Source: Eledone cirrhosa
Lineage: Eukaryota
Direction: 5' to 3'
Assembly (NCBI GenBank): GCA_964016885.1
Contig: OZ024742.1
Location: forward strand, 136,400,001-136,464,000
DNA: 64,000 bases
Of this stretch, positions 55,646 through 64,000 are shown one piece after another. The notes beneath the pieces were generated by a model, which saw only the letters and a list, made by a program, of their open reading frames with translations, searched no databases and had not been told where the DNA came from. Every line of letters starts with the position of its first letter. The stretch's first letter is position 1. Both the position numbers and the translations under genes were made by a program.

Positions 55646-56030
55646 ATGTGCACATATACTCATTCATTCATATGCATAGATACACACACACTCACACAAT
55701 CCCACCTTATCTCATACACTCAATAAAAATGTCTAGTAGCTGCTCTTAATCTATCATTACATCGCTACCAAAAGCTTCATCTTCATGTAATACATCATGG
55801 GCAAGTAAATAAATCATGTTTAGATAAGCAGTTTTCAATACAGTTTATCAAGGATAGATGAGAATATATCGGGGAAGGGATTCATCCTTTTATGGAAGAG
55901 AAGTAAACCATAAAGGGTATCATATCATTATCCTTCATGAGGAATTAAATCTGCATTGCCTGATTGGTTTGCAGAGAGTTTACCACCACTCTATGGCGCC
56001 TGCATGCACACACCTTCATATAACACACAT

Positions 56031-56087
<57 letters not shown>

Positions 56088-56099
56088 TATACATCCATA

Positions 56100-56158
<59 letters not shown>

Positions 56159-56238
56159 ATTAACAATACATACATGCAACAATGCTTCTTTTTCATTATC
56201 CTCCTCACTATCCACTGTGTCCTTCTTCCTCCTTTCAG

Positions 56239-56364
56239 CCATGTTGGTGTTTGAAGAGAAAGAGCGAGTTGCCAATGATGCAAGTCCCCAATATAACGAC
56301 GGTGCCTTTAATACGTCTCGCGGCAGTGGTGGTGGTTACAGTACTGCTGGGGGAGGTAGTCGAG
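56239..56364 (+). CDS. TENM: Teneurin exon (start of the extracellular linker)
   Basis: Strong acceptor ccttcttcctcctttcag|, donor GAG|gtagga (alternative at 56355); [42 protein letters not shown]; phase 1 to 1 gives YFA-AM as in teneurins. Confidence 0.75.
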
Positions 56365-56874
56365 GTAGGAACCAAATTTTGTTAATTTAAATCTAATTTT
56401 GTTGATTCGCTAAGAGAAGTAACTGCTTTTGCACTTACCTACATGCATGCATATAAGCACATGTGCACATAAACACATACACATGCACATATTGCTAGGC
56501 TTTAGACGATTTTATTATGGTCATTTAACCTGCTAGAATTTTGTAACCAAATTTCTTTCAAAACACACTACTGTCTCAAGCAAGGAAAGCCACATTGGAT
56601 ATTGTAGTTATAGATGCATGATGTCAGAATAAAGATGGAATAATCATGGGTGGAATTCTGTGGTTGCAATATCACTAGCTTCAAGGCTGGAAAATAATTA
56701 AAAAACAAAACAAAAAAAAAACAAAAAAAACAACAGGTTTTGTTCCTATTTCCCTATCAAGTAATTAACTGTAGAACACACATCTATTGTTAAAACAATT
56801 GTTGACACAAGTAAACCATTTTGCTCATACAGTTTTGAAAAATGCATGTTGAAACACCAAGAATAATAATGGTT

Positions 56875-57085
56875 ATTGATTTAAGAAAAAGACCAGCAAT
56901 TTGAAGGGAAGAGGGAACTTGATTAAATCGACCCCAGTGCATTACAGGTACTATCTTTTATCGAGTTTATAAGGATAAAAGGCAAAGCTCATGTAGGCAG
57001 GATTTGAACTCAGAACGTAAGGGGACATAACTAATTGCTGCAAAGTATGTTGTTCGACACCCTGCCAATACTATCAATCCACCTA
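56875..57085 (-). mobile_element. Meta-like SINE (further copies at about 57685-57875 -, 62615-62815 -, 51585-51740 +, 58360-58510 +)
   Basis: aaggataaaaggcaaag...ggatttgaactcagaacgtaagggg. Confidence 0.65.
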
Positions 57086-57119
57086 TACTGCTGCTGCTGC
57101 TGCTAATAATAATAAAGAT

Positions 57120-57590
57120 GAAACATCATATTGCCAAGGAGGAGGCTAGCCCACCGCTCTCTAGGATATGTGAAGAGAGAAAGGAAACTGTGTCTCACAT
57201 CATATCGAGTGTAAACATCTAGCCCAGACTCACTCTAAAAGATGTAGACATTATATCATGGGAAATGTGATTTACTGGCATTTACGCAAACTGAGAAAGA
57301 AGTTGCTGTTAGATTTCAGGATACAAATGGACAAAGAATTATAACACAATTGACCTGACCTGGTGGTTTTTGGCAAGTAGAAAAGATCTTTAAAGTGGGA
57401 ACTGAAAAGGATTTGGGACTGTCATGAGATCAAGGTCATTCCTATCATCATAGGAGCACTAGGTAATATCTCAAAAAGCTTCCAAGGCTGGCTAAAGAAC
57501 ATTAATCCAGCCTCCTTTTTCGGAATACTCCAGAAGGCTGGGAACTACTGGGAACAGCAAGGGCCCTCTGATATCTCCTGAATATCTGAG
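57120..57590 (+). mobile_element. Decayed 3' remnant of a restriction-like-endonuclease non-LTR element (R4/NeSL-type)
   Basis: Frameshifted peptides RICEERKETVSHII..CKHLAQTH..RH (zinc knuckle), DFRIQMDK..PDLVV, ELKRIW..IKVIPIIIGALG and LQKA..GTAR. Confidence 0.7.
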
Positions 57591-57876
57591 GCTGCAGGTA
57601 GTGGCTTGATGTTCATGAGGGCAAATTTTCCAGTTAAATAACATCAATAACTGAGATATCAAAGTAATAATGATAATTTCTACATTTGCAAGGCCAGCAA
57701 TTTTGGATGAAGGAACAGTCAATTATATCAAACCTGTTACTTCACTGATACTGTATTTTATCAACTTGAGAAGGATAAAAAGCAATGTTGACCTTGGCAT
57801 ACTTTGAACTCAGAATGTAAAGGATGAGAAGAAATGCTGCAAAGCTTTTCATCTGATGTTCTAATGCCACCGCCCC

Positions 57877-57917
<41 letters not shown>

Positions 57918-60169
57918 TGCTTTCTTTATTAATAATGATAACAACAACCACAAAAATTGCAGAGCATGGAGGTGTTAGTAGATTGGTATTAAAGGTGTCA
58001 ACTCTTATTGAAAAGATAAATGCAGCTTTAGTAATACTGACATGCAATCGAAATATACAACAGCTGCTGTGAGGGGAAAAAGTTACTTGTGGCAGAATAA
58101 GATAAAAATCATATGGGGGGGGGGGGGGCTCTGGATCAGCGATATCAGCTATCTGACTAAATGGGTGTATATATGTTATCATCTTGGATATGGATTTCAT
58201 CTGCACCAGCTTGTAAAAATGGGTATTAAAGAGAGGTGCTTAAATGATGAACATTGTCCATCAATTCATATTTTATTACAACCATTCAGATGGATAACTG
58301 ACCTAGGTGAGCTATATGGTCTCTTTACTAGCTAGAAATACAGTTTTAAAATCTAGTAAGCGAATTGGTAGAATTATTAGAATGTTGAATAGAATGCTTT
58401 GGTCTCTCTGCTCTCTGAGTTCATTTGGTCTCTCTGCTCTCTGAGTTCAAATCCCACTGAGGTCAACTTTGCTTTTCCTCCATTCAAGGTCAATAAAAAA
58501 AGTACCAGTCTACTACTGCAGTTTATTTTTCCTCTATATCCCTTTCATATTTCCATTTTCTCATTCTGGGAAGAAATCTGATGTATTCAGACAAGGAGAT
58601 GAGATGGGCTCCACTAGGTTTAGAAATGCACAAGAAATGTTGTATGTCAATGCAGCACCCTGATAACTCCCTCAAGAGTTATGGGTCCATACATACTAGA
58701 CTTAGGATAATGTTTCCCATGGTACACTGTCTGGAAAAATGATGGGCTTGGCAAAGTTAGAAGGCCTTTGAATAGGGAGTTTACTCAATTACAACTGGAT
58801 TGGACTCAGGAGTTTCCATTGCATAGCTTCAGTTTGGAATAGAAATTATAATAGCTTCGTTCTTGGAGCTGTGCTTGCTCCAAATTTTCAGACAGACAAA
58901 AAACACAAATACTTCACTCCTACTTCATATTCGAGTGCTTAACAAGTTCAGGGCATCCAGCTGAGAAAACAATTTGCTCCAGCTGAAATCACCCACCCAC
59001 CCCCATCCGCCGCCATCAAATCCTAATCTATGAAAGTATGGAAACTTGAATGTAAAATTGTTGAAAAAAGATATGTGTGAAAGTATGGGAACAGAGGAAA
59101 AACATAGTGAAAAATGATATATGTGTATGATTTTAAGTGTAAGTATTTATTCATCTGAAGTTATTGTGTGATTTGTCATGTTACTTTAGTGAGTATTTAG
59201 AAATTGATGTTGTGATATTCATTCATTCCTCATCAGAAGTAGTTCAATAAATAACAAGTATAATAGGAAATAGAAATTGGTTTGCATATTGGACAAAATG
59301 AAAAATATCTTTACTTTAAGCTACTTTCATCATTCTCTTTCTCTCTCCTTTGTTGATCATTAAAATCAATAGCCAGCAATGGACACATACATGGATGAAA
59401 AATATGTACACACATTCAACCTCGCACAGAAAACATTCTGCAACATCTGTATTCTTTGTTTCATATTTACTCTCTGCTTTGTGTGTGTGTGTACACACAT
59501 ACACATATTAAAACATTCAAATCACCTCACCTCTCTTATTCTTTCAACTCAGTTAACTGCCCAAACAAGCTTCATTTTCTTTTTATTGTTGTTGCTTTTC
59601 TTCGTTTTGAAACAAATTGGTAGCTCTTGATGTGTTGGGTATAAGGAAAGAGGGAACTTTTAAATTTGGCATCGCCATTTAGCTGACTGTTGAAGTTAAA
59701 ATGTTAGCAGACTCACTATTAGCAAAAATATATTACACACAGCTTTAAACAATTACCTGAACACTGAATACATTACAACAACTGTACCAACAACAACAAC
59801 ATCAGCACATAATATCAATAACCAAATGTGATGGTATGTGGAGGTGTATAGTTTTAAAAAAACACCCAAAGAAAAAGAAAATTGTTTAGGAATGGTGCAG
59901 TATAGTACTTCTATTTTTCATTGTGTGAAGCGGGGAGTTATGTTAGTGTATGTGTACATGTGTGTCTATGTCTGAAAGTATTTCTGTATGAAGATATGAA
60001 TGTTTCGGTAGATACTCTTGTATGTGTGTATGAATGTATGCCTATGTGAAAATGTGTCTGAAAACAGTTTAGGAGGTTGTTCTTGTGTGTGTGTATCTGA
60101 AGATCTGCGTGCTGCTCCGGTAGTTATTCTTCTTTGTAAGTGTCTAAAGATCTGAGTGAGTAACTATTC

Positions 60170-60218
<49 letters not shown>

Positions 60219-60304
60219 TAAAGATATGTGTTTGGCTACTAGATATTGTTCCTTAAATATTTCTTTGTTCTTTTCTTTCACTTTTCACATATACTATCGA
60301 AAGG

Positions 60305-60400
60305 CACACATCTTGTTGTCTAAAGATCCACATCTGTTGTTGTCTAAAGATCCACATGTGTTGTTGTCTAAAGATCCACATGTGTTGTTGTCTAAAGACA
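60305..60400. repeat. About four copies of a 24-bp tandem repeat (tgttgtctaaagatccacatgtgt)
   Basis: Directly visible. Confidence 0.85.
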
Positions 60401-61996
60401 CATTAGTTGATTAGAGGTTAAATGAATAAATAGACATAATAATGGTATGGATGATGATGATGATACTGTTCTTGGTGGTGGTGGAATTAGCAGCAGTGGT
60501 GGCAGAGGTAAAGGTGATAATCCACAAGCAAAACATTTATTGGGGTGTGGGAATAAAAATGTCTTTTAAGCAATAAGTAGGCAGTGATTAAGGGGTCAGT
60601 ATTTGTTCTGTCTCACTGTACTCCAAATCCAACCAAGTTCAACTTGGCCTTTAGTACTTTTGATGTCAGTGCTGGAGTTCTCTCTCTTTCTCTCTCACTC
60701 TCTCTCTCTTGGCTGTGCTCCAATCTGGAGAGGCATTGGCTCCGTCAAGTTAACACATTGTCCAAGATATGCAGTGTGTCAGATTGGCACCCATATGACT
60801 CTATTAGTAGTTGAGTGTCTTTGTTTTTGTATTGGATTCAACCAAGACAAAAAATGAAAGCATGCATTTATTGTATTAAGAATCTGTCTTTTTTTAAATT
60901 TTGGGTCCTACAATAGTGATAGAAGTGATGATAATGATGATGGCAATGATAAGGATTTCTTTTGAATAGTCATAAAGCTATAGATATATATTGAGTTTAA
61001 ACATGATATTGTGAGGCACATACCTTTCTACAAGGTTTTATCAGTGTAAAGGAATCGAGATGATTTCATAGTAATGAACAGCAGTAGTAGCAGCAGTAGT
61101 AATAGTCACAGTAGAAAAGGTAGTGGGGTGTAGCAGTAGCAACACCTCTCTGATCGATAAAATTAAATGACTGGTCAAAGTAATATAAAACTTATAATTC
61201 CAAGAACTGTAGAAAATACTTGATTTTGAGAGCACTCAAATTTTTGGAACATTCTCATCAGAAGAGTAAAGGAAAAAAACCTATATTAAAGTGAACAATA
61301 TATCTTTTCAAATGGGAATCCTCACTTATTGATTATTCGGTACACACTGAGGAAACACAAATGCACGAACACACGCTAAAAAACATAATTAATTGTATTC
61401 TGTGGGAATGCAGCCAAATTAAAAAAATCTGGTATTGTATGAAAAAGGACATTTCACACAAATGAAAGCAAAAAATACTATATTAATAGTACAATAATGA
61501 GTTATAAATTGAACTTGAAAGCTTTGAACTAGATTGTACTTGTGAATTTCTTATATATTGAGATTTAAAACATGTTTTGCTTCAACTTTGACATCTTCAG
61601 TCACCATTCCTATACAAAATGAATAGAATAATGGGTAAAAGTTTTTGAATTAAGAATATACATTAACATTGGTTCTCTGATACAAAACTGTCCATTTTAA
61701 AGACTTTTTATTTATCACTAAACTTTCCACCATAATTTTATGAAAAAATCTTTTGTTGTATTCTAAATACAATCTTAATCATGGAAAAGTGAACTAGTTA
61801 TCAAACCCTTCAAGTATTTCTAAAATTAATTGAAACACTTAGACACTATTTTTTAGTAGAAATGTTGAAACAAAATGGCTAATTTTTACCATTCCTGGTA
61901 GAAAGCAGAACAAAAATATATGTATACAAGATGAAAATGTAAATAATTTGTTTTTTATTTTTCATTTTATTTATATAATGTTTTCTTTAAAAACAG

Positions 61997-62256
61997 GTTC
62001 CTCATCTACAACTGCATTGCCAAGCCCTTCAATTGTGCATCTTGGCCAACTCCAACAACTGAAGATTCCACCCAAATCGTTTTGGCAGTCAAAGTTTGAA
62101 CAACTTGACGCAGGTTTTATCAAGATCAATTTTACCATCCCTGATCACGCTGTACTAGGTATATACGGAAGGAAAAACCTACCGCCAACGCATGTCCAAT
62201 TTGAGTTTTTTGAAATTTTCAGTGGCTCGAGACTGGTGAAAAGGTCACTACCTTGG
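61997..62256 (+). CDS. TENM: Teneurin exon (conserved pre-EGF domain)
   Basis: aacag| acceptor and TGG|gtacgt donor; LGQLQQLKIPPKSFWQSKF..FIKINFTIPDHAVLGIYGRKNLPPTHVQFEFFEIFSGSRLVKRS matches the teneurin motif PP..FW..KFN..G.YGR+.LPP.H.Q+DF; phase 1 to 0. Confidence 0.93.
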
Positions 62257-62923
62257 GTACGTCTTTTGAGAATTTTATTTCATTTTGTTATATTTCTTTT
62301 TATTTTACATATTAGTGGAACTTGGATTTTACTGTCAGAAAAGGAAGGACTATGTCCACAAATCATTTTAGTAGAATTTGAATCAAAACGTAAAGATTTC
62401 TGTCTTTGAATCAAAAACTATTTTATACACACACACACACACAATGGCTAGGATTCTTCACAGCTCTAATTTGCAGTGCCCAAAAAATGTACTCTTTTTA
62501 TCTACACTAGCACATTCTTAGCCATGACATGCATTAAAACTTTTGATAAAGATAAAACTGATTGATCTTCATTGGATAATGTTTATGATGTCACTGGCTT
62601 TGTTGATAGTAATGGTTTCTGATCTAGGCACAAGGCGAACTATTTTGTGGGGAGGTGAAAGTCGATCAAATCAACCTGAGTACATTACTGGTGCTTTATT
62701 TTATCAACCTCATAAGGATGAAAGGCAGGAATTGATCTCAGAATGCAAAGGACCATAACTATATGCTTGCGAAGCATAATGTCCGATGCTCTAATGATAC
62801 TGCCATTCCACCACCATTGTTGAAAATAGTGATACACATAAAATTGCTAGGAATGAAATTGCTGATAATGAATATTTGGATGATAATTATGCTTATCTTT
62901 TGTACTTTTTATGTTCATTACAG

Positions 62924-63044
62924 AGAGATAGCGTGGGTAAGAACACAGCCATCATTCAATACTTGACCGCTGGAGTTTGGTACTTTGCCATCTACAATGA
63001 CAACAACAAGCCGCAAAAGGTGGCATTTGTCACCAATGTGAAAG
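62924..63044 (+). CDS. TENM: Teneurin exon (end of the pre-EGF domain); the gene continues beyond the window
   Basis: ttacag| acceptor and AAAG|gtagat donor; RDSVGKNTAIIQYLTAGVWYFAIYNDNNKPQKV matches the teneurin T.FIQYL..G.W.LA.YND motif; phase 0 to 1. Confidence 0.92.
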
Positions 63045-63149
63045 GTAGATATATTTACTATTACACTTCCTGTGTGTGTGTGTGGGTGTAAGTGAAATGA
63101 AAGAACACTTACTTAACTCTGTATTTGTATGTGAGTGTCTAGGAATATT

Positions 63150-63395
63150 TGTGTGTATATGCATATGTGCTTACCTATGTCTTTTATTTGTGTGTATAAT
63201 GTATATGTGTTTACCTATGTAAGGATATGTGTGTGTATAATGCATATGTGTTTACCTATGTAAGAATATGCATTTATGTGCAAGAGTATATGTGCTACTA
63301 TACTATACTTGTGTGTATGTATTGAATTTGGGATCGTCTGTATGATTGAATTTGGGATCGTCTGTTTGATTGAATTTGAGATATTCTGTTTGTAT
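63150..63395. repeat. Two short minisatellites (about 39-bp unit x3; 24-bp attgaatttgggatcgtctgtatg x3)
   Basis: Directly visible. Confidence 0.75.
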
Positions 63396-64000
63396 TTTTC
63401 GAAGGTTTGTCATTATACTTTTTAATATTGAGTGGAGTTTGATGAAATATTTTAGCATAAAAATACTTTACTTTCCAATATTTAATTATTCTGGATTTTG
63501 GCTTCCAATCCTCTAGAGTTAACAAAAATAAGCATCGGTTATCTACTCTGCCAATCCAATTAATTATAGCTTCCCACTATCCTAAAAAAAAATTTAAAAA
63601 AATTGCTTAGCTCTCTCTGAGTTGAAAATAATCATGTGTTGGAATGGTTGAGGGTATGTTTTGCTGGAATATTTGTCACTTTGTCTTTCATATTTCTTGT
63701 GCTAGTCAAATAAATACTGCTAATACACTAGGTTCATTAACAATTCAGTATTGTGCATGGAATGGGATAGCCCTCTCTTGGTTTTGTTGATGGTCGCTCC
63801 AGTTGTAACTGACGCACTATTTTACAGATGTGTACCCATAATATAATTCTCAGGGAGATGTAACACATGTGATAAGGCTGGCCTATTGAATCCAATGGAT
63901 TTACAAGATAACACACAGTGGGATTGAACTTCGGACTTTAAAATTGTAACTGAAATGTTCAGTCATGCTGCATCCCTTTGTGCAAAGTCAAACTAATTTA

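Noticed and set aside
61565-61605. Minus-strand CTGAAGA...AAAACATGTT minimal hammerhead-like motif
   Set aside because: G12 is missing and stem I does not pair; insufficient support.
60305-63395. 24-bp tandem repeats as CRISPR-like arrays
   Set aside because: No unique spacers, eukaryotic intron context and no cas genes; ordinary minisatellites.

Overview
AT-rich, microsatellite-dense animal genomic DNA. The repeat landscape (RTE LINEs with (GAT)n tails, tRNA-derived CORE-like and Meta-like SINEs, kilobase (TA)n arrays) suggests a coleoid cephalopod such as Octopus; this is inference. The window covers the N-terminal half of a + strand teneurin gene. Six phase-compatible exons (29889-63044) encode a proline-rich intracellular part, the type II transmembrane helix and the pre-EGF linker. 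The rest is largely intronic transposon DNA. The most notable element is an intact, apparently very young Penelope-like retroelement (16637-21784; RT plus GIY-YIG, Naiad-like) with two 1551-bp direct repeats that look identical. Each repeat carries a type I hammerhead ribozyme with an unusually large, branched stem II. At least three more unrelated hammerhead-bearing islands sit inside (TA)n arrays (about 15.65, 36.9 and 38.2 kb). One is a 72-bp-arm palindrome whose only mismatch hits catalytic G8 of the host-sense copy. Also present are decayed RTE LINEs, SINE/LINE tail sharing and tail swapping, a hAT MITE with a perfect TSD, a foldback element, an R4-type remnant and a tRNA-Thr-like pseudogene. 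All alignments and folds were done by eye.
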